From positions 1 to 63,314 of the forward strand of contig JABMQY010000014.1 of the NCBI GenBank assembly GCA_013202975.1: a stretch of DNA of 63,314 bases. The letters run 5' to 3'. The position numbers were made by a program, and so were the translations under genes. Source of the stretch: Candidatus Saganbacteria bacterium. GTDB lineage: Bacteria; Margulisbacteria; WOR-1; XYC2-FULL-46-14. Every line of letters starts with the position of its first letter. Positions within the stretch are counted from its first letter, which is position 1. The notes beneath the pieces are model-generated. The model had not been told where the DNA came from. It searched no databases and saw nothing but the letters and a program-made list of their open reading frames with translations. This document shows, piece after piece, positions 1 through 10,900 of this stretch.

Positions 1-1
1 G

Positions 2-1624
2 TTTAAACGATTAGGTTTTAAGGACAGAAATAACAACGGTATTATTGAAGCAAAAGAGAATAACCCACTAAATAGACTGATCAAGGCAGATGAGGGATAT
101 GGATCAATTCTCACTCCCCACCCGGCCGATACAAATAAGGACCGCAAAATTGATGAAAAAGAGTCCTGGAACTATTATTATCTGCAACACAAAGCGATGA
201 CCTCTGATATTTTTCTTGCAAGTGAATTAAAAGAGATGAAACATAAAGACAAAGCGGTATTTTTAAACAAAATAGCAGGTTATCTTGAAAACTCAGCAGA
301 TTTATTATCAAGTTTTTTGTCTGCCATCCTTCAAATCGGTGTTAGGAGTAACGACAAAGAACTGTGCGCATACGCAATTCATTCCATAAGAACTAACAAA
401 GATTTCCCGATCACCCTTTCTCACTCTGTAGGGAAAAAGGCTAAAAACATTAATGGCAAAAGGGCCAATGAGATATTTTTAGGTATAATAGAAAAAGAAC
501 CCAAAAAAAACACAATGAGAGTTTTTGACGGACTTCTGGGCAAAAAGAATAACCGCAACCTATTATTTGCCTATATTAAAAAAACCACAATAATAAGGAC
601 AAAAAAACCGGCTGAATACTTATTGGAAACAAAAACATATAAAAATGATAGCGAAAAAAAGAAATTGACTGCTTTTACATTAATATCTGATATCAAAAAA
701 TATGAAAATACAAAAACGCTTCGATCACTTAACTCTGATGCAATTCCGGCATTAAGAAAAGTTTTTCTGCAGGGATCAAGCGAAGAAAAAGAGACCGCAT
801 TAGATATATTAATTGAGACCAAGGACCCGGCAATTATTCCGCTTTTAACCGAATCAATTAACAATGACTTTCCTGCTTCCTCTCAGGTAAATTCAGTACA
901 TGCGCTTGCTAAATTTAACGGTACCGCAGTTTTTACCTATCTTTCGAGAATCTCACTATCATCTACAAAGGCAAGGGTAAGACTTGCAGCACTGGAAGGA
1001 ATAGCCAAAACAAATACCCCAAAAAAGATCGGTCTTTTTTCGCGCGTTCTCTTAAATGATAAAGATCAAAAGATTAGAAAATACGCAGCCTGGATATTAG
1101 GCAATGCAAAAAACCCCAAAACCTTTCCTGTTTTATATCATGCTTATAGGTCTGACACTGATGAAAAAGTAAAAAATCATGCCCTAATAGCCATCGGGAA
1201 GAGTGCCCATCCGCTGGCGGCAAAATTCCTGTCCGATTTATTAATGAACAGCAAAAATGATTCGACCAGGAGCATTGCGGCCCTTGCACTGATAAAAACA
1301 AAGAGCCCCTCCGCTTTTGATGCGCTATACAAAGCCTATAAGAATGATCGGAGCCTATTTGTCAGAATGAACGCCCTCGAAGCAATCGGCGCAACCAAAC
1401 ATCCAAAAGCGGTAACGGTATTATTTAAAGCCCTAACCGATCATTTCTCTAATACCGAAATCAAAATGAGCGCTGCACGAGGCTTAAGCGAAATTAACAA
1501 CAGAAGTGCTCTGAGTGCATTATCAACAGCCCTTAGAAATGAAGAGGCGCCAAACATCAAACGCTATATTAGAAACATGCTTGCCATCATGAAAAAGGAA
1601 ATGGAAAAACAGGGAGGGAAATAA
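2..1624 (+). CDS. HEAT/PBS-lyase repeat protein, 5'-partial (paralog 1 of tandem array)
   Basis: The frame of track ORF 197..1624 is open back to position 2 (FKRLGFKDRNNNGIIEAKENNPLNRLIKADEGYG...DTNKDRKIDEKESW), matching the N-termini of the next two ORFs, so the true start is upstream of the window. C-terminal HEAT repeats (VRLAALEGIA, IRKYAAWILG, VRMNALEAIG). Confidence 0.85.
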   Translation, partial: FKRLGFKDRNNNGIIEAKENNPLNRLIKADEGYGSILTPHPADTNKDRKIDEKESWNYYYLQHKAMTSDIFLASELKEMKHKDKAVFLNKIAGYLENSADLLSSFLSAILQIGVRSNDKELCAYAIHSIRTNKDFPITLSHSVGKKAKNINGKRANEIFLGIIEKEPKKNTMRVFDGLLGKKNNRNLLFAYIKKTTIIRTKKPAEYLLETKTYKNDSEKKKLTAFTLISDIKKYENTKTLRSLNSDAIPALRKVFLQGSSEEKETALDILIETKDPAIIPLLTESINNDFPASSQVNSVHALAKFNGTAVFTYLSRISLSSTKARVRLAALEGIAKTNTPKKIGLFSRVLLNDKDQKIRKYAAWILGNAKNPKTFPVLYHAYRSDTDEKVKNHALIAIGKSAHPLAAKFLSDLLMNSKNDSTRSIAALALIKTKSPSAFDALYKAYKNDRSLFVRMNALEAIGATKHPKAVTVLFKALTDHFSNTEIKMSAARGLSEINNRSALSALSTALRNEEAPNIKRYIRNMLAIMKKEMEKQGGK

Positions 1625-1625
1625 A

Positions 1626-4181
1626 ATGGGACTATGGTGCAACGGCGTTGAAGATTCGACCAAAAAGCTGCAGCTTGATTTTTTTGGTTCGCGGCAAAGA
1701 CTTTTTAAACATCTGGGCCTCAATGACCGGAATAATAACGGGGTAATAGAAGCAAAAGAGAAGAATCCACTTAACAAACTAATAAAGGCTGAAGAGGGAT
1801 ATGGTTCCTTCCTAAAAATCCATCCGGCAGACCTAAACCAAGACCGGAAAATCGACGAAAAAGAGGCCTGGATATATTTTGCGCAAATAAAACTACCCCT
1901 TACATCAGATAGATTTTTATTTAATGAATTAAAAGGAAAAAGCTTTGGTGATCAAAGCAAATTACTAAATAAAATAGTCGGATATCTAAAAAAACACCCC
2001 ATACTTTTAGAGAAGTTTTTCGCAAAAGTAATACAGGCCGCTTTAGAGAACAAAAAGGACAGATTGGAATTAATCAGCTACGTATTAAATTTTATCAAAC
2101 GGCACAGCAAAGATAGCAGGGGCATTCCACCGCTATCATATAACATAGGAAAACATATTAAAGGTTTGGAGAAAAAAAGCGCTCAGGCAATCTTTAAACA
2201 TATTCTACACAACAAAGTATTTAAACCGCTCCTAAGGAATACCGACCACGTTACGCAACAGTATTCATTCCAACAAACAAGAATAATCGGCGGCATCTTT
2301 GGTAAAAAAATGGCAAAAAGTCTATTTGCCGATTTCCGCAAAAGTTCAAGTCCAATAATAAGATTTAACGTTATCATGACCTTAATCCTGCTAAAAAGCT
2401 GCGATAGCGAACACGAAATAAAGCAATTATTCCAGGAACTCAAAACCCTTCTTTTGGCCATTCCCAATAGCTCTCTTTTACCAACTTTCTGCAACTATAT
2501 AAGAGAACATGGCGCCAGTCACTCCTCTGCACTTTTCCGCTCACTACTCAAAAAAGGCCCGGGAAAAATCAGGCATGAAGCTGCAAAAGCCCTGCTAATA
2601 ATGAGAATTTTTGAAAATGCAGCCGAAGAAAACAAACTAAAAGCTTATGTTCTGATTTACGAGAAAAAATTTGATGAACTTGCAAAACTGGGTGAAGCGG
2701 CAATTGATGAATCCGCTTATTGTCTCTTTAACGAGAAAGACAGATTAATTAGAATAAAGGCCGCTAATGTACTGGCTTCAATTAAAACAAATCGCGCAAT
2801 TGCAGTGCTATCAAATGCATTATCAAAAGAACATGATTTATACGTAAAAAGTGAAATGGTTTCTGCCCTTTTTAAGATCAACACGGAACAAGCACTTAGG
2901 GTATTATCCAAATTTCTATCCGAAGAAAAAAACCAAGGGCTGCTTGACAAAGTTGCCGAAAAAATAGCGGGCATCATTGAAGTATCGAATGACCCAAGAC
3001 ACATCCCCATGCTAATGACAATAATCACAAACCCCAATCTGACAATTTCCCACTCAACAGCAGTAAATATACTGTCCAGCAAATTAGTTGTGGACAAAGG
3101 AAAACTACTTAAGAGATTCCCTGATTTAGAAAATAGACTGGATTTGTTTTTCACCGGCGGAGACAGGCTGATAATTAAGGAGGAATTAAAAACTGCCCGA
3201 ATTAAAAACCAAAAACTACGCTCATTTATAGAATCACAGGTTCAAACAAGACAAGTTGCTAGAAATCTGATAATAGATCTTCTGAAAAAACCAAAAACCG
3301 CAAAAATGCTCTTTCCCCATATTAACGTAAGTGATCCGGCAGTAATCAAAGTTCTTGAAAAAATAACCTTTAACAAATGGGACTGGGAAACAAAGCCCGA
3401 TCAAGAGGAACTTAAAGATATCCGGGCAAAAGCGGCAGGCTTGCTGCTAAAACTAATAAAAGAACCCAAAAAGAGGATAAGGCTTATCAAATATCCCATT
3501 GTAAAAGTGCGCATACGCGCCATACTGGACATAGGTAATTCTGCCACAGAGAGAGACTGCAAATATTTTGCCACCAGATTCAGGATCGAAAAAAATCCCG
3601 CAGTTAAAAGGGCTCTGCTCTTAACCCTGGCAAGGGCAAAAGCATCTAAAATCATAAAAAAACTAATCAAAACCAATCCAGAAACAGAACAAGAGCTGAG
3701 AAATTTAATATTTAAGAATCAGGATAATTTCTATCTAGACAAAGAGATCTTTCTCTATTTGATCAATAGTTTTTTAAACATCAATATTAAACACATTCAA
3801 CTTCCAAATGAAAGTTTTTCCGAAACAGCCTATGCAAAAGATGCAGGTGGGGACGGAGCTGCAAAAAACACCCCGGCCATCTTTGACATTATATTTCCAA
3901 AATCCCTGCCAGCAAAACGCAACATTAGTGGAATCCTAATAAAGTACAAACACAGATACTCGGCCAGAACACACAACTCATATGCACACGGTGAATTTTC
4001 CCTTTCAAATGGGCTAAGGGTAAGGATGAAGTTTAAATATAGCGGACAAAAGACCATCTTTCTGGCCTGTAAAAGACTTCCTCAAAAATTGAAGCTTGAG
4101 GTCCGGCAGGGTGATCATATCGCAACTATTTCGATTGATGATGTGAAAATCGTTTACTCACAAGGGCAGGGAGAAAAATAA
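1626..4181 (+). CDS. HEAT-repeat protein with EF-hand-like N-terminus and beta-rich C-terminal domain (paralog 2)
   Basis: 851-aa ORF with GGAG RBS. Loops DRNNNGVIEAKE and DLNQDRKIDEKE, HEAT units (IRIKAANVLA, VRIRAILDIG), and a last ~120 aa that is beta-strand-like. Confidence 0.85.
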   Translation: MGLWCNGVEDSTKKLQLDFFGSRQRLFKHLGLNDRNNNGVIEAKEKNPLNKLIKAEEGYGSFLKIHPADLNQDRKIDEKEAWIYFAQIKLPLTSDRFLFNELKGKSFGDQSKLLNKIVGYLKKHPILLEKFFAKVIQAALENKKDRLELISYVLNFIKRHSKDSRGIPPLSYNIGKHIKGLEKKSAQAIFKHILHNKVFKPLLRNTDHVTQQYSFQQTRIIGGIFGKKMAKSLFADFRKSSSPIIRFNVIMTLILLKSCDSEHEIKQLFQELKTLLLAIPNSSLLPTFCNYIREHGASHSSALFRSLLKKGPGKIRHEAAKALLIMRIFENAAEENKLKAYVLIYEKKFDELAKLGEAAIDESAYCLFNEKDRLIRIKAANVLASIKTNRAIAVLSNALSKEHDLYVKSEMVSALFKINTEQALRVLSKFLSEEKNQGLLDKVAEKIAGIIEVSNDPRHIPMLMTIITNPNLTISHSTAVNILSSKLVVDKGKLLKRFPDLENRLDLFFTGGDRLIIKEELKTARIKNQKLRSFIESQVQTRQVARNLIIDLLKKPKTAKMLFPHINVSDPAVIKVLEKITFNKWDWETKPDQEELKDIRAKAAGLLLKLIKEPKKRIRLIKYPIVKVRIRAILDIGNSATERDCKYFATRFRIEKNPAVKRALLLTLARAKASKIIKKLIKTNPETEQELRNLIFKNQDNFYLDKEIFLYLINSFLNINIKHIQLPNESFSETAYAKDAGGDGAAKNTPAIFDIIFPKSLPAKRNISGILIKYKHRYSARTHNSYAHGEFSLSNGLRVRMKFKYSGQKTIFLACKRLPQKLKLEVRQGDHIATISIDDVKIVYSQGQGEK

Positions 4182-4182
4182 A

Positions 4183-6996
4183 ATGGGCCTATGGTGCAAT
4201 GGGGTTGAGGACTCAACCAAAAAACTGCAGCTTGATTATTTTGGCAGCCGGCAGAGACTATTTAAACGACTAGGCTACAAGGATCGAAATAATAATGGGG
4301 TAATTGATTTTGTTAAAAAGAGCTCTCTAAATAAATTAATAAAGGCCGACGAAGGTTACCACAGCACCTCATGCGCATACCCAGTTGATGATAACTGTGA
4401 CCAGAAAATAGATGAAAATGAGGCCTGGAGGCATTATGCCCGTATTTCACTAAACTCAACCTCCCTGGATCCATTCTTTCTAAATGAACTAAAAGGCAAA
4501 GACTTTAATGAGCAAAAAAAGTTCTTAGACAAAGTTGCTGGACACCTAAAGGGTAAATTTGGGTCGATGATCAGACTTTTATCCACTACCCTTCAAATCG
4601 GAATTAACAATAAAAGCACCGAATTAATCCGTTACGTTATTCACTACCTGCAGGGAAATTCAAAAAACAAAAACGGAATAGATCGAATGGCTTCTGTAAT
4701 TGGACAAAAGGTAAAAGGCTTTCAAGACAAAGATGTCCGGGAAATAATTAAAAAAATCATCAAAGAGGAACCAAAAGAGGGATTCGTCCCCTTCATAAAA
4801 ACTTTGGGCGGTATACTGGGAAAAAACCATGCAAAAACCTTTTTAGATGAAAAATGGCAGAGCACAAGCCCTTCAGATTTCCAATCTTTCGCAAAAGCAA
4901 TAACTCTTCTTGCCGTTGGCGCTGCAGACAGCCAAACCCGCACATACATTAAAAAAGCGATGCTCTCTGATGTTAACTTTGACTATAGACAAAAAATCCT
5001 TCGAGAGATTGAGGCAAAGAAACCTGTGGCTACTATCTTAAAAGAGAGCCTTAATTCCAAATTCAATTTCCCGCTTTTAAGTGAAAGGAGAAAAATAGCA
5101 CAGGTACTATTAAAAATGGGGGCTTCTGCAAGTGAGTTTGAAAAGAAAAGCTGGCATGGCTATGTTATTTTTAATCCTCCCGCAAATTTTCATCAAACCC
5201 AAAAAATGAAAGCCTTGGGAGATGCAGCCCTGCCCTCACTAAAAGCAGGCTTGAGAGACAATCAGAGCAAAGTTAGGGCCCATGCGGTCCTAATGCTTCG
5301 AAACATAAAAAGAGGACTCAGCCTAATTGTTAAATCCCTAAGAGATAGAGATCTTACTGTTCGCGAGATGGCAATTACCTGTTTAAAAGAGTTAAAAGAA
5401 AAACTCAAATACCCATATGAGTTTGAAGCAATCAGAGCAATTCTTCAATGCGCCGCAAGTTTTGTTGAAAAAATGACAGCTATTGAAATTTTAGGAGATC
5501 TAAAATACAAACCAGCAATTCCAGAGTTAACAAACCTCCTGCTAACCGATAAATCGGACCGGATTAGAAGAGCAGCAGCAGAAGCATTGGTAAAGATGGA
5601 TAGCATAAAAAGTATCTTAGCCTTAAAGAGAGTGCTAAAAAAAGGTCCCTCTTTGGATGTTAGAAAAGTTGCGACTGCTGCCATAAAGGCTTTTGCCCTA
5701 AAAAAGGGACACCCCATTAAAATAAAGATAAAATTAATCGAAATCCTGGTTGAAATCGGGCAGGTCAGCATTATTGCTCGTTTTGCTGAATATGATAAAA
5801 ATAACTCTATTCGAATCAAAGCAATCCAGGGATTATCAAAGATTAAGCACCCGGCAGTAATCCCGGTTCTTTTGAGAATTATAGAAAAGGACAAATCCCC
5901 TCTAGCCCAAAAGGAAGCGATGAATACCCTGACTCAAACTGACAATCACACGATTCCTGGGGCAATGCGTAAGATAGCAATTAATCATAGATCCGGAGCA
6001 ATAAGATTGCTAGCCCTAAAATATACTATAAAAAAAGGCGGATATGATATCGCCCCTACCCTTTCAACTATTCTAAAAAAAGATAGCCATCCAAAACTTA
6101 GAAAGATTGCAGCCAAGGCTTTATCAAAATTTAGCGGACGGGAGATTATTGGAGCATTATCACAATCTGCAACATATGATAAGGCCGGGGAAGTGCGGTC
6201 AGCTGCAAATTATTCTTTGGGTAAAATCGCAACTAATGCCAGCTTTCCAGACAAGATTCAAATAATGGCATTTCAGGGATTGATTAAGATGAAAAATCCG
6301 GTAAATATCCCGGTTCTCTCAAAATTTTTATTCGGTCCACATTTAATAGCAATTCGAAGAGATGCAGCCTGGGGACTGGGTTTATTAAAAAGCCCCAAAG
6401 CCATTCCGGCACTGATAAAGGCGGTTCAAACTGATAAATCTTATGTTGTTCAGATCACTTCTATCCGGGCATTGGCAAAAATCGGAGGAGGACAAACATC
6501 ACAAATTCTACTCGGTTTCCTGGCAAAGGCACAAGATAATAATCTAAAAATAATGATAGTAAATACCCTGGGAAAAAGCCGAGAAAAGAGCGCTGTCCCT
6601 GCTATCAAAAAAATCCTAAACCAAACAGTGCCAATTACCCTTAAAATATCCTGCATAAAAGCCTTGGGTAAAATAAACACCATTGAGGCAAATGCCCTGC
6701 TTCGGTATATTGCATCAAAAACCAATGACCCCTATTTGGGCGGAGAGGCAAGAATAGCATTAGAAGAGAGCGGTCATCCGGACAATATCTCTTTCTTTTC
6801 AACTATTATTAAAACCCACGACTCCCTAGCAGTCCGCTGCTCTGCGGCAAGGGCGCTTGGAAGAACAAAAAGCGCAAAGGCATATCCGATCCTTTTCTGG
6901 ATTTCTAAAAACGCCGGTGCCACACAACTAAAAGAGGCAGCAGAAAGGGCTATCAATAAAATTCAGTCTGCTAGAAATATACCCCAAAATAAGTGA
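4183..6996 (+). CDS. HEAT-repeat protein (paralog 3)
   Basis: 937-aa ORF with N-terminus nearly identical to 1626..4181 and many HEAT units (IRRAAAEALV, IRRDAAWGLG, VRCSAARALG). Confidence 0.88.
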   Translation: MGLWCNGVEDSTKKLQLDYFGSRQRLFKRLGYKDRNNNGVIDFVKKSSLNKLIKADEGYHSTSCAYPVDDNCDQKIDENEAWRHYARISLNSTSLDPFFLNELKGKDFNEQKKFLDKVAGHLKGKFGSMIRLLSTTLQIGINNKSTELIRYVIHYLQGNSKNKNGIDRMASVIGQKVKGFQDKDVREIIKKIIKEEPKEGFVPFIKTLGGILGKNHAKTFLDEKWQSTSPSDFQSFAKAITLLAVGAADSQTRTYIKKAMLSDVNFDYRQKILREIEAKKPVATILKESLNSKFNFPLLSERRKIAQVLLKMGASASEFEKKSWHGYVIFNPPANFHQTQKMKALGDAALPSLKAGLRDNQSKVRAHAVLMLRNIKRGLSLIVKSLRDRDLTVREMAITCLKELKEKLKYPYEFEAIRAILQCAASFVEKMTAIEILGDLKYKPAIPELTNLLLTDKSDRIRRAAAEALVKMDSIKSILALKRVLKKGPSLDVRKVATAAIKAFALKKGHPIKIKIKLIEILVEIGQVSIIARFAEYDKNNSIRIKAIQGLSKIKHPAVIPVLLRIIEKDKSPLAQKEAMNTLTQTDNHTIPGAMRKIAINHRSGAIRLLALKYTIKKGGYDIAPTLSTILKKDSHPKLRKIAAKALSKFSGREIIGALSQSATYDKAGEVRSAANYSLGKIATNASFPDKIQIMAFQGLIKMKNPVNIPVLSKFLFGPHLIAIRRDAAWGLGLLKSPKAIPALIKAVQTDKSYVVQITSIRALAKIGGGQTSQILLGFLAKAQDNNLKIMIVNTLGKSREKSAVPAIKKILNQTVPITLKISCIKALGKINTIEANALLRYIASKTNDPYLGGEARIALEESGHPDNISFFSTIIKTHDSLAVRCSAARALGRTKSAKAYPILFWISKNAGATQLKEAAERAINKIQSARNIPQNK

Positions 6997-7030
6997 AATT
7001 TCCTCCTTGAATTGACGATATATATATAGA
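6994..7030 (+). promoter_or_regulatory. Conserved alternative-sigma-like promoter, copy 1 (TGAAATTT-N14-CGATA-TATATATAG)
   Basis: TGAAATTT 6994-7001, 14-nt spacer, CGATA 7016-7020. Same motif and spacing as four other copies. Confidence 0.7.
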
Positions 7031-7063
7031 TAGATCACGAAGGACTGATAGGAGGTCTAAAAA

Positions 7064-7900
7064 GTGGCAATTGGAGCAACAAGAGTTCGAGCAAGACTTG
7101 AAACAATATTAACACCCAAATTAAATGATTTTAAAAGACCCCTAATTTCTAACCCACACTACGAAATGCCAAGGGGAACCAATGGTCATTCCTACAGAAG
7201 TGAAATAGCCATTGAAATTAATCCGGAAACAGCCTTAGATAATAGTACTCGTCTATATCTTCAGGCCACCAACTTTTTTCAGCTTAATCTGTTAAGACGA
7301 CTGCCGGGAGTCAAAACAATTTTGGGCAGCAGAAGAGAGAGGGAGGGCTGGGAACCCAAAAGATTTCGGAGAACTATCGGTTCTATTGCATCATTATTTG
7401 GAGTAGCTGCCGGCGGACTCGCATCTGCTATTTTTGTTTCACTCGGCTGGCCGGCATTAGTCGTCGGCGGTGCGGTTGGAGGTGGAATAGCATATAAATC
7501 CGGAGAGGATCTGGGTCAGCTGGCAGATTGGCTCATACCATCAGAGAAAAGCCTTGATAACTATGCAAACATAGTAGAGTTGGAGCTTAGCAGCCTAGAA
7601 TCTTTCCTATTTGACCCGCAACATACATTACCGCTTACCCCGCTGGATTTTATTTTATGCGTTTTAAAATATGATCCGCAGGCGTTATGCAAGTTTACTG
7701 TTGAGAATGATGGATTGCCACAAACCCAACCCATAAAAGAGCTTATAAACAGAGCAACCTTAGAAATGGTAAGAAGCAAAACCAGGGGAAGAACCCCCAT
7801 TTACACGCAAGAGGCGGTTGATGCACTAGAAGAAATAATCGAAAGAAGAGAAGCCGAAACTGAAGCATCAAGGAGAAACCTAGAAAATGGGGGTCATTAA
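7064..7900 (+). CDS. Hypothetical membrane protein with glycine-zipper-like hydrophobic hairpin
   Basis: 278-aa ORF, GTG start with GGAGG RBS. Central segment IASLFGVAAGGLASAIFVSLGWPALVVGGAVGGGIAY. Confidence 0.75.
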   Translation: MAIGATRVRARLETILTPKLNDFKRPLISNPHYEMPRGTNGHSYRSEIAIEINPETALDNSTRLYLQATNFFQLNLLRRLPGVKTILGSRREREGWEPKRFRRTIGSIASLFGVAAGGLASAIFVSLGWPALVVGGAVGGGIAYKSGEDLGQLADWLIPSEKSLDNYANIVELELSSLESFLFDPQHTLPLTPLDFILCVLKYDPQALCKFTVENDGLPQTQPIKELINRATLEMVRSKTRGRTPIYTQEAVDALEEIIERREAETEASRRNLENGGH

Positions 7901-10900
7901 CAATTGTAATATTGACGCGACAAACCGCCTGTTCCCCTCTTTAAACAAGAACTATAAAGATAAGGATGAGAGCTGTTCAATTGATGCTATAACTGCAAAG
8001 AAAAAACAAAAAGACATTCGCTACAGAATACTCAGCAGGCTTGAACAGAACAAATATGTAAAAGAGGGACTAAAGAAGATTGGCAGGAACGGAATAACCG
8101 GAGAAGGCTACGGCAATCCACAAAAATGCCATCCCCTTGATATTAACTGTGATAGAAAAATCTGCGAAAAAGAGGGCTGGATTGCTTATTTGTCCAATAA
8201 TGACAGCTCAAAAAAGTTCCTCCTTTTAGAATTAAACAAAATCAAGAATTTTAACGATAAAAAAACCTTTCTTGATAAAATAGCAAATTTGGCAAGAGAA
8301 AACAAAAAGGCGCTAAGTAATCTCCTGGCGGCATCGCTACAGGAAGGAATAGATAAAAAAGACAAAGAGCTGATCCTATATGTCCTCAATTATTTATGGG
8401 GCTCGACAAAGAACCACAAAGGAATCCACCCTCTCTGCATTATGGTTGGCAAAAATGTTTCCGGCCTAACAAATGATAAAGTAAAACCTATATTAGAAAA
8501 AATACTGGATGACAAAACCCGCAACAAAGACAAAAGAAAAGAAAAAGAAAAAGATTTTCCATATGCCTTTGTAAAAGTTGTGGTTGCAGTGCTGGGAAGA
8601 ATTGATGCGGAGCAAATGTTTCCCGATGATAATTTCCATTCCAGCGCAAACATAAACCGCACAAACATCGCTGCTGCAATAGGATTTTTATTAATAAGAA
8701 ATAAAGAATTTGTTAACGAGACCGACATCCATCATTCTTACCTCAAAAACCAACTGGGGCGCTATAGTGGTTCTGATAAATTTAAAAATGAAATATGCCG
8801 GGGATTTTATGAAATAGGAGACAAAAAAAGCATCGGAGCTCTGCGCACCGTGCTTTCAAATTCAAATAGTTTTTCGGTCTGCCTGACTGCTGTTAATTAT
8901 TTACTTTCACTAAAAGCCTTCCGTGATGACAGAGAAAAAAAAGAATGGCAGGCATACCAGATGATATCTGCAAGGGATCAAAAAGGATTAATCAAACTTA
9001 GGGATTGGGCCATACCGGCGCTTAGAAATGCAATCTTTGAAGAAAATGATGAAGAAGTTATTAAGCTTGCCGCCGAAACCCTCGGAAAGATCGGATCTGA
9101 CCAGGCTGTTTACAATTTATCAGCTCCGCTCTATCGATTAAACAACTATAAACACGGCAAGTTATTAGTAGCTGCGTTAGGCGCAACAAAGAGCCCAAAG
9201 GCGATCCGTGCACTTGCGGAAGAGTTACGAACAAAGGATCTGATGATACCTTCACTTGAAGCTCTGTATATGCTAAATCTGCCGGAAAAAACAATCCCAA
9301 TCCTTAAAGAAACAAAAGACCAACACCCTTTTGTAAATGTAAGGGCTCAAGCCGCAGAAATACTAATAAGGTTAAAACAATATCGCAATAATGAAGAAAA
9401 AGAGGAATTGAACAGTTTTAACCTGATAGCCAAAAACAAATGGAAAGAAGTAAGAAAAAATAAAACCATTGCCATTCCGGCCTTAATCAGCGCCTGCTTA
9501 TATGACCAGGATACTAATGTTCGCAACCAGGCGGCCTATACCCTCAAACTAATCGATATCCAAAAAACCAACACCCTTTTGCTTTCAACAATAAAAAATA
9601 ACAAATATTCTTTTGAAATAATGATAAAGGCAACTAAAGCGCTTGCCGTTATTTCTGACAAAAAAAATATCCTGCCATTAATTAGAATATTCAATAAGAG
9701 CAAATCTGATTATTTTAAAGCAGAAATAGTGCGAACCCTGGGATTTACCGGAGGACCAATAGTTGAAAGATTCTTAAAAAAAGCCATAAGAAACAAACGC
9801 CTGATAATAAGACAGGCTGCTGTCTCAGCCTTTGTTCTAAAAATTACCCCTCAAAAAATACAAACCCTCAGAAACTTTCTAAATGACCCCAACGCACGAA
9901 TAAGGGGGACAGCGGCAAGAGCCCTTATGCGCCTCAAACTTTATAAAAAACCAGCTCTAATGGCGCATGTCATGATCGACTCAATCACTTTCCCCAATTC
10001 AAAGAAGGGGGATGACGACACAAAAATATGGGAAAAAATTGAAAAACTTGGAAATCCGGCCCTCCCGGCGCTAATTTTAACCGTAAAAGATGGACCGACC
10101 CATGTCCATGAAGAAAATGCGGCCAGGATACTTGGGTTAATTGGCAATCCAAAAGCCTGTCCGGCTTTAGGGTATGCGCTGCTTTCCAACCGTGAGGAGA
10201 AGGTAAGAAAAATGGCAGCCTGGGCATTGGGCAAGATTAGAAGTTCGTCTGCGGTCACTTCCCTACACAAAGCTTGGGATTTGGAGAAACACCATGCCAC
10301 AAAAAAAATGATCTTAGAAGCTTTGACAATAACCCTTCGGGGGGATAAAAAGATATTTTTCTTAACAAAAGTATTGCGCGAAGAACAAAATGCCCATCTT
10401 AGAGCAAAAGCAGCTCAACTTTTGCTCAGAATAAATCCGGCACTCGACAGCAAAACAAAACAGTTCCTTGAAGCATACAGTCTTATTGCCGGAAATAAAC
10501 ATTACAAATGGAAAAGATTAGAAAAGATTGGATCACAGGCTATTCCGGCCCTTTCGGCCTTCTTATTACAAAAGAATCCCTGTAATACTGATAACAATTA
10601 TTCATGTGGGGAAAAATTTAACGAAAACCGGCAACAGGCAATTGTCCTCCTAGGGAAAACAAAAGACCAAAAAGCACTAAAGGCACTATTTTTTGTTCTG
10701 AAAAATGATTTTCCCGTTGAACTAGAAATATCAGCGGTTGAATCAATTGGAAATTTAAACCAGCCTTATGCAGCACTCATTCTAATCAAACACTTAAATT
10801 CAGATTATTACAAGCTCACGATTAAAATACTTAAAATTCTTCGCTGCCTAGGAAACTCCGACCCCAAAACAATAAGGGCTCTCAACAATTTAATAAAAAG

